Assembly (NCBI GenBank): GCA_021613535.1
Contig: CP075492.1
Location: 124,001 to 188,000 of the forward strand
Origin: Adineta vaga
Lineage: Eukaryota > Animalia > Rotifera
DNA: 64,000 nt
Direction: 5' to 3'
The translations under genes and the position numbers were made by a program. Shown here piece after piece: positions 13,516 to 26,337 of the stretch. The notes beneath the pieces are model-generated. The model saw nothing but the letters and a program-made list of their open reading frames with translations, had not been told where the DNA came from and did not search any database. Numbering within the stretch: the stretch's first letter is position 1; the number at the start of each line of letters is the position of its first letter.

Positions 13516-14024
13516 CTTTATTGTTTCATATTCTTTTGAAAACAATCCATTCACTCCATCTCGAAAAACTTTTGACGTTTCATAATACAAATAGAAATTG
13601 ATTGATACGATAATGGAAATCTTTGCAATTTTAACTGAACTCAACTGTTTTCGTTTTGCTTGATGACATGAACAAAAATATCGATCGATCGAACTTAAAC
13701 AAAGTATTGCAAGTGAAATTAAGCCTACTGTATCATATGAATAGTAAATTATTCGATACCATAAGATAACCGATAATTCTGAACCATTATGTCCATAAAC
13801 AAATCCAATAAAAGTTGGAATATAATTTTAAAAAAAAGTATGTTTACTAAATTAAATATATCTGCGACCAATAAATAGAGCGTACAAACACTGTCTTTTA
13901 AACGAGCTAAGAAAAGAATAATATTGATTATGTTACCAAAAAGACCTAGGAGAATGGTACTACCCCAGCCATAAATATAAATTTGATTAGTAATGTAATT
14001 TAGAGTATCGACAGAAACTATCAT
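13516..14024 (-). pseudogene. Rhodopsin-like GPCR pseudogene with internal deletion
   Basis: TM1 GLFGNIINI and TM3 SIDRY, then a direct jump to TM7 INFYLY..SKVFR; frameshift near 13800. Confidence 0.7.
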
Positions 14025-14619
14025 GATGTTCTTTTTAGAAGATAGTAGTGTGTTGAAAAAGAATCATAAACTTTTTATTTCATAATTTACCGAAAATAGA
14101 ACAACATAGAAAAAAAAGACAGCATATGAATGTTCAATTATAAATTATTTATATGTTATTGCGGACTTTGAGTGATGAGATCTCGTTATTCCTATACATT
14201 ATCAATTTTTTTTCATTTGATCATTTAAAAATAGAAACAATGATGATTCATTCACATGGAAATTGGATTAAAAATAACAATTGAGATATAAAAAAGAATC
14301 ATCACCTACCGAAACTAAATGAGAATTAATATAATATTAAAAACAATAGATTTTCTTTAAAACTACAATAATTCAATTTTTAAGTTCTACATGAAAAGTT
14401 AATTGAGTAAATTTTCATCAAGACAAATCCACACATTTTTCTACATAAAAAAAAAGAATTTTCTTCTCACGTATAAAACAATCGTCTTTTTCTTCAGATA
14501 CTCTATTGTTTATTTACAAATATAAACTTTTTATTCAGAAATATTAAACAATTCGATTCAAAATGTATCTACATATTAATGCAAAATTATAATTCATATT
14601 ATAAAGTCTTCTTTTTCTT

Positions 14620-15155
14620 ATTTATAGAATATTGATAAAGAAATGTTTATCATTTGATGAAACTTGTTCTTTATATTATAATGATCATCAAATGAAATAA
14701 CATTGATCAAAATAATATTTTGTATGTATTAGATACAGGAAATAATCAAATATAACGAAGTATTTCCAAGTCAACACAGGAAACAACATTTATAGATGAT
14801 ATAATGTTGAATCAATCATTTTATTGTAAATCTCTATTATTTTTTCTTTAAATGAATTCTAGTAACTAATATTCAAGGTGATTTCAATGAAAATCTTTAT
14901 ATTCTTGATCGAGGTAATACTCGTATTATTAAATGGATTTGGTAATGCAGAAAATCCATTAGATATATCGAAGAGAATATTTGCTGATACAAATAGTGAT
15001 TGATCAAACAGGAATATATTGAGATAATTCGAGTCTGTTTTATAATCCATTGTCAATGATTGGAGATAAAAATCAAAATTTATCTTTATTAAATGGAAAT
15101 GGTTTAAATCAATTAACTTATTCATATAATTTTAAATTTGATTCATATGGTTTGA
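14620..15155 (+). pseudogene. NHL-repeat protein remnant
   Basis: Fragments LYVLDTGNNQI* and NLYILDRGNTRIIKW, with stops and frameshifts. Confidence 0.6.
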
Positions 15156-15675
15156 AAATTCATTTTATTTGATTTTATTAATGAATGTAACAAGTGTAAC
15201 ATCAGTAACGACGCGTCGAGTAACAATTTTAAGTAAATAAGAAATTCATTATCGAATATTTTGTATTCGTTTTAAGTTTTTAGGTTTAATAAGATATTCA
15301 TCCAGTTCGATAATGATTTCAACTTTACCAATTATAAAGAACGGATTTGCATAAATTTCTGCTGATAATAACCTTCAATGGTTATCAATTCTTATTTTAA
15401 TTAATGATTAATTCATATACTTACTTTTGCGTTTTTGTTTTATCAAAACTGATTTCTTAACCTACACAATATTAATATTCTCAAACGATGAACAACATAT
15501 ACCTGTCAAGATATGATCTGTTAGATGATTTCTAAGATTTCAGTTTATTACGATCCTGTACCCTCAAACTATTCGTCAATATAATGATCATCACACATTC
15601 AAAAATAAAAAATAAAAAGTAATTGAAAAAGCTTGATTAAAGTGATAAGAAGAAAAAGTGTCAAAATGTTTCATT

Positions 15676-15952
15676 TTAATTTTTCAGAATTCTTTCCATT
15701 TGTTTTTTATTTCTTGTTCGTGCTTCTATATTTGATGGTTTAAATGTATTAGATAATTTAGTAAATGTAGCATATAAAGCTACACCTTGTGCTGGCATCA
15801 TAACAACGAATAAAAGAGCAGTCATTAATGCAATAGGTTGTCGACATAATTCTTCTTAAAATTATCAACAAATCAATACAAATTGACATATAAAATAGAC
15901 TTACAAAATCTTTTGGAGATATTGGAGACAATATATATTCAGTTGTTGTCGT
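15676..15952 (-). pseudogene. Last two exons of a membrane protein gene, 5' part missing
   Basis: TTTEYILSPISPKDF / GT-AG intron / EELCRQPIALMTALLFVVMMPAQGVALY...KN*; cut at the telomere-like tract. Confidence 0.6.
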
Positions 15953-15993
15953 TGTGGGTGTGGGGTGCGTTAATGATAAACACCCACACCCTC
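15953..15993. repeat. Inverted telomere-like tract between two decapitated divergent genes
   Basis: tgtgggtgtggggtgcg-ttaatgataaa-cacccacaccctc. Confidence 0.85.
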
Positions 15994-17113
15994 AAGATTC
16001 ATGAAGGATTAGGTGGAAGACCAATTGGATTGATTGCTACGAGTTATGGTGGTACACCAATTGGATTATGGATGCCACGAGATGCTTTTCTTAAATGTTA
16101 CCCGTCATCGTAAGTGGGAAATAATCTTTTAAAATAATTCTTCGGATAAATATAACGAATAGACTTAAAGTCAAAGAGAATGGCTGATCCAATGACAAAT
16201 TCAAGTTTATATAATGGAATGATTCATCAATTTACACGAATGGTTATTTATGGTGTTATTTGGTATCAAGATGAATCAAATAGTGGAAGAAATAATGATA
16301 AATATGTTTGTACATTTACAAATTTAATTCAATCATGGAGACAAATATAGAATCAAAGAACAAATGGAATAACAAATATTCAATTTCCATTTGGTTTTGT
16401 TCAAGTAAGAAATATTTTCTCTATATAGAATTGTTAAAAATTCAAATTTTCGTTATCAACAAATTCCAATACAACAACATTTTATGGTTTTCCATGGATA
16501 CGTTGGCGTCAAACATTTGAAATTGGTTATGTACCAAAATAATGTTGTTCCAAATGTATTTATGGCTGTTGCTTTAGATTTACGTGATGATCCTTTTGAG
16601 TAGATATTTCATTTGAATTTTTATTGAATTTAACACAAACAAAATTTCAGTGTTCATCCTCGAACAAAGCATGATGTTGGTTATCGTTTATCACGAGCAG
16701 GTTTAGCGGTTGCTTATGGTCAAAAAGTCGAATATCAAGGTCCAATTGTATCAAATGTTAATTATCAAACTGATACAAATACGCAGTTACTTCTATTGAA
16801 GTACGAAACAGAAATGGATTTCAAGTAAAAATTTCATTTTTTTCCTTAAATGTTAAATGAGTTTACACGTTATTTTTTTGAGGTTTGTTGTCAAGGTGCT
16901 CAATGTCGAAGTGATACTATATGGTTGTCTGCAGAGATTACTAGTAATAATGCATTGAGTGTCACAATAAAAGCACCAGATCTATGTAATGGAAAATTAC
17001 TCTATGGTATTCGTTATCTTTGGTTAGAAACACCATGTCCATTTAAACAAGCAGCTATTTATAGTTCAACAGATTCAAATTTACCTTCACCACCCTATTA
17101 CAAAGTTTTATAA
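15994..17113 (+). pseudogene. Sialate O-acetylesterase (SIAE-like) 3' half, pseudogene
   Basis: GRPIGLIATSYGGTPI, LYNGMIH, VIWYQDESN, FGFVQ, VHPRTKHDVGYRL, GIRYLW motifs; several introns; in-frame stops; N-terminal half absent. Confidence 0.85.
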
Positions 17114-17415
17114 ATCTGTTTTTTTTACTTTATTCAAGCTCGACAAAATACAATATAAGACAAAGAAAATTTTTCTTATAAAGTTGTTGAAACTTAATTC
17201 GTACTTCTTTTTCAATATTTCATGTACTCTGCCTTGCATCACAATAGAAAATAACAATCTTCTGTGTAAAACTGTAACATACAGTCGTTACAAAATAGAA
17301 AGCATGATTAGTATGAGTATAGTTAAATATAATAATAAAACCTATGTTCACCCTTATCTTTAAAAATTTAAAAAAAAAATTTCACAAGTCCTTCAATAAT
17401 TTTTTGAGTCTCGGG

Positions 17416-20275
17416 TAGAGATATGCGTGACTACGATTTTTAGTCACGGTCACGATATGGTCACGAAACATCTAGTCACGGTCACAGTCACGGTCACGGA
17501 CAGTCTTATATAATCGGTCACGGTCACGGTCACGAAGATTTTATAAAGTTAGTCACGGTCACGGTCACGAAGATTTTATAAAGTTAGTCACGGTCACGGT
17601 CACGAAGATTTTATAAAGTTAGTCACGGTCACGGTCACGATCAGGATCATGCAAAACACTGTAACTATAAGATATCATACGTTTTTAAAAACTCCCAGTC
17701 TTAGTTGAAAATACAATGATGGTAAGTGGCGATATCTATCAAATGAATATTACTATAGGCGTCTTTTTCCTGACTAATAGTAATTTTCAAGTATCCAATA
17801 AATACTATCAGTGATTTATAATTCAACTGAAATAAAAAAAATGGTTTTGAATTTTCTTTGATCGAATGTTTAATTAGACTCTCTTATTCTTGGTTTACAT
17901 ATTATGGTTTCGGAACCACTGACGCGTACTCAACTTGAACTTCTTCTAAGAAATAATGACAAGTCGATCAAATTGAAAAAAATTGAACAGACTGCTCGTG
18001 GTTCATCGTTTTTACCTGCATTTAGTCTCATTATTGTAAATGATGTTACTCAAGGTTTTGTTTTATGTGATAAATGTCGATCAATCATCACCTATAAAAC
18101 TGCAACTGGAACTGGAGGTTTGAAAAAACATTTAATATCTTGTGAAAAAAGTACATCATCATCAAATACAACACAATCAACTCTTACGACGTATTATCAA
18201 AAGAAGAAACCACCAGTTTTACCAGAAAAAATTAAGAAAGAAATAACTGATGCTTATGTCGATTTTGTCGCATTAGATGGTCGTCCATTTGAAATTCTAT
18301 CTGGTGTTGGTTTCAAACAATTTCTTCAAGTAATTTACAATGTAGGAAAATCATCACTAAATACTCAATCAATTACAATTTCCGATTTTTTACCTCGTTC
18401 TTCAACAGTAAGTATATTGATGTCTTTGAAATGATGTGATTTTATTTATGATCACCACAGGTTACTCGTCGAATAGATGGAATATATGAATTTAGAAAAA
18501 AACAACTTATTACCTGGTGTAAAACACTTCATAGTTATACAGTTGTTGTTGACATGTGGACAGAAAAATTTAGTGGTAAGCTTTTCTTTAACAATAATTC
18601 TTATAATATTCTTAATCGAAATTTAGGTGTACATTTTTGTGGTGTTACTCTTCGTGCAATTGATTCTGACTTTCATTTACATAATTTTTGTCTTTGTTGT
18701 AAACCATACACATTAGAAAATCAAACAGCACCTAATGTCCGAAAATTTATTGATGAAATATTAGCTGAATATGGTCTTTCATTGAATTCGAATTCATTCG
18801 TTGTGACAGATAATGAACCTAAAATGATTGCAGCTTTACGTGGTGCTAATCGTGTAGGTTGTAGTGATCATTATATTAATAAAATACTAGAACATTCATT
18901 TACTATATCGAAGAATAATTGTGTTGAAGTAATTCAAACATTTGACATTATTAAAGGTCTTGTAGCAAATTTTCGTCGATGTCATCGACAAGTAAAGTTG
19001 TCAAGGAAACTTCAAACGTATAGTGCAACTCGTTTTAGTGGAGTTTATTACATGCTGGTGGGTTACGTGAATTAGAAATTCACTAATTACTAAGTATTGA
19101 TTTATAACATATTTTAGAATGTTTTCAATTTAACTTACAACGAACTTGTCGATGCTTTCGCTGGTTCTCATAATGATGATTTTGAATCGATTGATAAAGA
19201 TTTATTATGTCAAATATGTGATTTTCTTAAAGTGTTTGATAAAATTATTACAATTTTAAGTGACGAAACTCAACCAACAATTCAAAAGGTTATACCTTCA
19301 CGAATGGCTCTAATTGATCATTGTGCACCAAAACCAAATGATGCATTAAGTATCATTCAATTAAAAGATTTTTTAAGTAAGTGCTTGTGTGCCAGTACGT
19401 TCACTAATAGAATCCTGTTATTTACATACGATTCATTCATAAATATTTTATACAAAAATAAAGTGATCTTTGCAATAACCTAACATATAAGATCGAAGTA
19501 TATAATAGTCGACATTGTGTGAGATCCACAATCTATATAAATTTTCACTAAAATTATCTAATTATTTATATATCCTACGCGGTAACTCGTAGTCGAATAA
19601 TTAATTACCAGAATATTCTTTCTCATAGCTATTTTTCTAATTTTTATTATATAGAAAATGAAATTAAAACTGAATGGCATATTTTACCTGAACATTTACT
19701 TTCAACACTAATTCATCCTCATTTACGAGATTTTGGTGGTGATCAATGTTTAAAAAATCAAGCTATTCGATTATTAAAATCAGCTGTTGATTCTACAAAT
19801 GGTTCATCCAATAATAATCTATTCACTTGTGATTCATCTTCTTCATTAAATGTTGATATACTAACAACAAATACACAACGGGATATATTATCTGTATATT
19901 TTGATAAACCACGAGCTGCTAAAGCACCACTTGATGAAGTACAAGCATGGCTACAAAATGATTTTGATTCTGAAATGGTCGATGATGATTTATTATCATT
20001 TTGGAGAAGGAAAAAAAAAGATTTTCCAACTATAGCTATTATTGCTCAATTGCTTTTTTGTTGATTTTAATTCAGATTAATAATAAATATGAACATAACA
20101 AGAGCATATTTTTGATCTCGTTATTGAGCCCTAACCGATCCAGTTTTGATGAACCACGTGACCATGGCTAAAATTACTCGGTCACGGTCACGGTCACGGA
20201 GATTTTCCTAAAAATGGTCACGATCACGGTCACGCGTGACCGTGACCGTGACCGTGACCATTTTGCAGATCACTA
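17416..20275 (+). mobile_element. hAT (Ac/Hermes-like) DNA transposon
   Basis: Imperfect TIRs TAGAGATATGC / GCAGATCACTA; GTCACG subterminal arrays at both ends, including a 35-bp unit x3; encodes a transposase; no 8-bp TSD visible. Confidence 0.9.
17904..20065 (+). pseudogene. hAT transposase, multi-exon, C-terminally truncated
   Basis: BED finger (CDKC...LKKHLISC), DGRPF, VDMWT, VTDNEP, CSDH, TRF; dimerization domain breaks off after FW...FPTIAIIAQ without the SERxFS motif. Confidence 0.85.
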
Positions 20276-20677
20276 CTGAGGACTCATGAATCTACCCGAA
20301 AATGTGCCATAATACATGTGTTCGACCTTTGACTCTGCGCAAACAGACACGCAGAGGTACAAACAATTTTTTTCATATGATCCTTCCTACAGTCTAGGGA
20401 ATAAAGCGAGTGTAAGTATGAGTATCCTATCGTCAACTAAATCCTCACCTACACCCACACTGGCCGTCAAAAATGTAACGAACAATAGAAAAAACTATGC
20501 CCGCTATAATAGTTCAATAATCGAACAGAATTCTCGAATGTACAATGTAATATATAGAAACGAGATTATTCTTATAATTTAATGATTAAATACAATATGA
20601 GAATTGAATGAGTATAAAACACACGTCTGTTTCAAAGTGTAAATAGTGTTCAACAAAAAGCAAATATTTTCAACATT

Positions 20678-20727
20678 GAGGGTGTGGGTGTGGGTGTGGG
20701 TGTGGGTGAGGGTGTGGGTGGGTGTGT
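20678..20727 (+). repeat. Telomere-like (TGTGGG/TGAGGG)n tract
   Basis: gagggtgtgggtgtgggtgtgggtgtgggtgagggtgtgggtgggtgtgt. Confidence 0.9.
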
Positions 20728-21197
20728 TTGAACAAATAAATACCATAACCAGTTTCAACTTATTTTCATAAGTCTATTGATCAATTATCCATCACCACCA
20801 GCGTCATCACTTTTTTTATTCGAATTTTACCAGCGATTGACATTATCACCACAGTCACCGCCGATGTCTTTTCTACGGTTCGACTTGGATTTTGATAAAG
20901 ATGAACGTGCTACTGCTGCTGCTCAAGACAAGGAAGCAGTGGTGGTGATGTTGATGGCGGAGGAAGAAGAGAAGAAGAAGGAGAAGAAGAACTTATTGTT
21001 CTCTTGTTCGGGCAACTTTTAGCTTTTTACTTGAAACATCAAACATCATTCATGACTTTTGTATTGAATTTTTTGTTTTCTTTGGTATTCTTAATTGATT
21101 CAATTGAGAATATATCTATTTGAAAAATAAAAATTTGTACTCAAACTGGATTTAAGATAAGAAGAATACAATTCTTTTCATTTATCTTTAGATAAAA

Positions 21198-23514
21198 ATG
21201 TCTGATAACTTGCAGTCGAACCAACAAGTATCAATTGAACAAGGGATGGAGCATTCAAATGGTGAAGATGCAGCACAATCATGTGCAGTAACTCTACCAA
21301 TTCGAATAAGTGAACGGAGACAAAAGTATGGCATCCGACCGGATGAATATAGCATCATCGAAGATCCTAAAGATTGGAATTCAGATGAAGCAAAAAATGA
21401 AGTAAGCAGTGATGATAGTAGTAGCGTCGTTGTAGAACATAACTCAAAGAAATATTTTATTCTTGTTTATTTTAATAAATAGATGATGATGATGTTGAAG
21501 ATAATGATGAATTATCTTCCTTATCATCAACATCATCATCATCATCATCATCGGCGTATTGGGAGGAGTTCATTAGGGAGTTAAAAGAAAAATATCCCAC
21601 AGAACAGCAATTAGTTCGTGGAATTATGGATGATTATTGTGGTCATCCATTGGAGATCTTACAACAGCAGCTGTTCTTATCTTCAATATTACCGAAGCCA
21701 TCGGATGAAGTGGGTGTGGGTGTGGGTGTGGGTGGGTGGGTGTGGGTGGGTGTGGGCGTGGGTTTATTCATGTTATTCAACACCCATACCCACACACACT
21801 CCCACACCCACACCCACACCCACCCTCACCCACACCCTCACCCACACCCTTACATTCTCAAATATATGATCTCCATAGAATGCATTATCGTTCCAACAAC
21901 GAATTTATTCGGAGTGTATATCGAGGACAAAATCTAAGTCTGGAGCAACTCAACTATCTTATTTCAGTTTGGAAATCAAATAATACAACCACTACAATGA
22001 CTACATTCAGTTCAACATCACTTGATCCTAATATTGCATTGAATTTTGCATCTTCTGCAGATGGTTTAATCTCTTGTCGATTTGAAATTATCATTACTGA
22101 TAGTTATAACAATGAAAAGAAAATAATGGTTCGTCATGAACAAGTGTTCGCTAATATTACTTCACTGTCTGCTATGCCCGATGAACAAGAAGTACTCTTT
22201 TCTCTTGTTACACATTTTCGTAGAGAACATATCGAATATGGAAAAAACCGATCTGATCGTCCTTGGGTACTAATTATACTCGAACTCGTCACAGGCGCAC
22301 AGAGAAACCGTCGTTTTAGTGATTATGATATTATCAATCAGATCGGAATGGTAGAAGATTCACAAATTTACACCGATATCTTGAATATGAAGTCAAATTC
22401 AACAATACGAACTGGACAATATGGTGGAATAATTTAAAACGTCGATGGTCATTAAGCATTGAAAATGAACAACCGTTAAATTTAACATTCTATGATTGTT
22501 TCACCAACGATAAATATTGGTCAAGAAAAGCAATTGAAATGCACAAAAACCTTCTACGTTCTGTTTCTATAATCGAATCAAATCGGTCATCTTTTCCTAT
22601 TTTATTTCATGAATCTAAGGTTTGGGAAACGTTACCCACGAGATGGATCGCCTTGTTCAAAGAATATTTAGAAAAATGTTGCACATTGGACACCAAAGAG
22701 GTCGTTATACTTCTTTCGACGGCTGGACAAATGTATGGAAAGATTGCAGATACGGAATGTGCATTGAAATGCTATAATAAAGCATTGGAACTAAATGCGA
22801 ATGACAAGTACCAGATAAATAACACGATACAAAAGCAAATAAAAATTTTACACAAACCTCCCAAACCCATTCGAACAGCGGCTAGCGAGCGCATACCAGT
22901 ACCAGAAAATCATGAGGAAGAAGTTTTCGAAGTGTATGAAATACAGGAAAAGCTCCAATCAATTTACCGAATTTTCAAAGATTACTCTGCTGACATGTCT
23001 TCTATACAAACGCATCTAACACGAATCAATGTATCGCTTCAGTTTTTTTATCGCTGCGCAAAGGCATATATTATCGACAAGCACTTCGATAACGGATGGA
23101 ACTAACAATCGTTCACCTTCGCGTTGGCGTTACGAGAAGTATATGTATGAATGTGTCTTTATTGGACAATTAAAACATTATTTGCAACTATTGCAGACTA
23201 AATCAATAGCTGTTACCTCCGGTGTTCTTCCTCAAATTGATCGACTGATGAAAAAACTTACCGTGCTCATCGCTATATGTACTGTTTATATATGTATCGA
23301 ATCGGTTAGTGGCGAAGTTAATGTAAACAATATTCATTTTATCAACATGATCAATACAAAAACGAAACAACACATTTTCTTCGATGTTTTCAATAGCGAT
23401 CTTCTAACTGGTTTAAAAGCACTTAAAGAAGAAAGTCAAATTACTGGAAAATCTTTTGTTCCTATTCCAGACGACATGAGAATAGGTCCAACGATTATTG
23501 GTCATTTTTTATAA
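21198..23514 (+). pseudogene. ADP-ribosyltransferase-domain/TPR-like protein pseudogene
   Basis: R-S-E motifs VYRGQ, FSSTS, DEQEVLF; TPR-like ALKCYNKALEL; frameshifts; interrupted by a telomere-like tract. Confidence 0.8.
21710..21850. repeat. Longest inverted telomere-like tract, inside the ART gene
   Basis: ~55-bp G arm, spacer ttattcatgttattcaa, ~70-bp C arm. Confidence 0.9.
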
Positions 23515-24516
23515 TATTCTTTGTACTCGAGCTAAAATTTTCAGCTATTGATGATTTTATTAAACTAGACTTCTTAATAGAAAGCATTCCATTCGTTTTC
23601 AGTTGGATTTTGAAGAAACAGATTAGATCTTCGTAAAAAGACATGCCAAAACTGCCAGAGAGGTCTCATTCATTAAAAACAAAGCGTGATGAAATCATCC
23701 CTACCGTGGACAGGTTGAAAAGGAACATTACGTAATAAAATTCTTTCAATAAAAGCTTAGACATAACAGTCATTTCTGCATATGCACGTTTGTTGCTAAA
23801 TATGTCACTAACACATGCACTTCGAAAACGATACCATTTCATAAAAACAATGTGCTTTCATATTCTGGTCTATTTTCAAAGAGAAAATAGATAATAGAAT
23901 CATTTTATCAAATCAATATTATAATGGAAACCTCATATAGACCGACAACGTATCTTGAGGATGTAGATAATTGAAAATGTGGTTTATCTTTCAAATATCA
24001 ATATCGTTAAAGTCTTCATTGCACTATACTTACGTATTTTCATAAATGAAAGTTAATTGAAAGATCAGTATCATACACAGTTTACAGACACTGATAGTAC
24101 GTTCTTAATTAACATACACATGTTCATTTCAGGATACATCGGCATGAAATCTCGATTAGTTCAACCGTATGTATAAGGTCAAACGAGAAATACTGTACTC
24201 ACTCACACTTATCTTATCTAACCGATTTTAATTCAGCTTGTCTGTAATATCAATCTGTGTTCGAAAGATAACGAGTAAAGAAAAAGAAATTATATTTGTA
24301 TCTGACAACAGCTAATGATAAAAATTTGTCATTCATAGAAATCAATCTATTCTGATCCACACATAGTATATTATCAGTTGACTGCAGTCTCTCTGTAAAC
24401 TAACATTTTTCTGATTTTCAATTACTATAAAATCCTACGAAACGAATTGATCCAACTGTAAAATAAAGAAACAACTGATTCAATAGAAAAATTTTATTTT
24501 GAAGCAATTTATCATT

Positions 24517-25438
24517 ATGTCATCCGAAATTGATTTTCTCCAATCATTAGCATTAACACAAATGTATTTATATCAAGTTGGTGGTGTGTTTTTGATGGTT
24601 ACTGGTAGTATAGATTGCATACTTAGTTTGCTTATTTTTGTCGAAGAAGAATCTTCGTCAAAACCCATGTTCAATCTATTTTATTGCATATAATATTGTT
24701 AATCTTTTTCAAATATGTATATCTCTTTTAAAAAGCAATATTAGCATATGGTTATAATACCGAAATTTCAATATCCAGTACCAGTTTCTGTCGTTTTAGT
24801 TATTATTTTGGATACACTCAGTCCATTTTATCAGACTTAGGCTTCAATTGATCGAATGTTAGTCACTTCACGAAATGCACGAACACATTGACTTAGTAAT
24901 CATCATCTGGTGTATAAATGTATCATCAGTAGCGCAATATGTTGCATGTTATTTCATAGTTATACATTAATTTTCTACAATGTTATCGAAGTTATACCGA
25001 AGTATTATATTTGTTATTCTAATTAATTGTGAAGTCTATTTAACAATTGCAAATTATTATGGATTAACAAAAACCATCTTAATACCAATATTAATGCTTA
25101 TCTGTGAAGTATGTACAATTAAGAATATTCAATCTGCACATCGTACAAGAGTTATTCCTTTATCGACGGTCACTGATAGTGTTTTGAATCCTCCACGTTC
25201 TAAAGATCATTAACTGATTAGAATTTTATTTATCAATGTTACTATTTATATTATTTTCAATCTATTTCCCGTGATTGTTTCTATTTATAAGTAGATGACT
25301 TATTATCAAATAAATTGGTTTTTAACGAGTATAAGTTATTTTATTTATTATGTTCCAATTTCTATTAGTTGTTATACTAATTTAATTGTATCGAAAACAT
25401 TTAGAAATGAGATTAAAAATCTACTTTTATGCAAATAG
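24517..25438 (+). pseudogene. Rhodopsin-like orphan GPCR pseudogene
   Basis: ASIDRMLVTSRNART motif, TM segments, C-terminal NLIVSKTFRNEIKNLLLCK; multiple frameshifts and stops; paralog of 51594-52304. Confidence 0.8.
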
Positions 25439-26337
25439 ATTTTCTATATTTCAAAATATAAAATAATCAATCTAATCTTGTCTTTCTTTTTCTTTTTTGT
25501 CCTTACCATTATTAACCTTTCTATCTTTTTTTCTTACACATGTTCTCATTTGATCTATACTAACTGAGCACGAAGGAGAACTCTATCAATTTCTTTTCCA
25601 TTTGTTCACTTTTTTATGTTTAAATACTTTGTATTTTCATCAATAAAAACACTCATTTTCTGATGATTTCTATTTCACTTATTTAACTATTTTGTTACGG
25701 AAGAAATTAATCCTGTAGTTCGGAATGTAAGTGACAGTTGTCGACGAGTATTTTTGTGTCGATATTGAAGAAATTATGGTAAACATATTTCGAATGATGA
25801 ATATGTGTCTTCAGTAGATAAGATAACAATCACGACCTTAATTTAAATCTAATAGAAACGTACAGATTATATTAAAATGAGAACAAATGTCTATATTATC
25901 ATGGTAACCATGGAAGTTATCAGAAACTAATAGTTAGATTATAGTCATTGTATGGAAAAATGTAACATTGCATATGAGTGTCATTCCGACAAAAACTTAA
26001 CTTGTTAATTGTTGAAAAAAGTGGATTCTTGTATCGACAATTCATTAATGATCATTTTGTCAAACAAATCGATCATGTCATTGAAGTAACTGCGAAATAG
26101 AAACAAAGACATGTCGATCAATAAAAAAATCATCTTGTAACGATGAAGTGTTAGTGTCAAGAAATTTTCTACAGTTTTACATGAAGATGGATATGATGAT
26201 GAAAATAATCATTCATTCACAATCTCAATCAGGAGAAAACTCAAATACTATCGAAAGAGAAGATGAAAATATTTAATGTATTTCAAATTGAATAAAGCCA
26301 GCGATGTTTTATAATTAAAATATTGTTTAGTAAATAA

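Noticed and set aside
21618-21937. His/Pro/Thr- or Gly/Val-rich ORFs (also 52216-52452 and the tail of 8451-9020)
   Set aside because: They are translations of the telomere-like hexamers, not proteins
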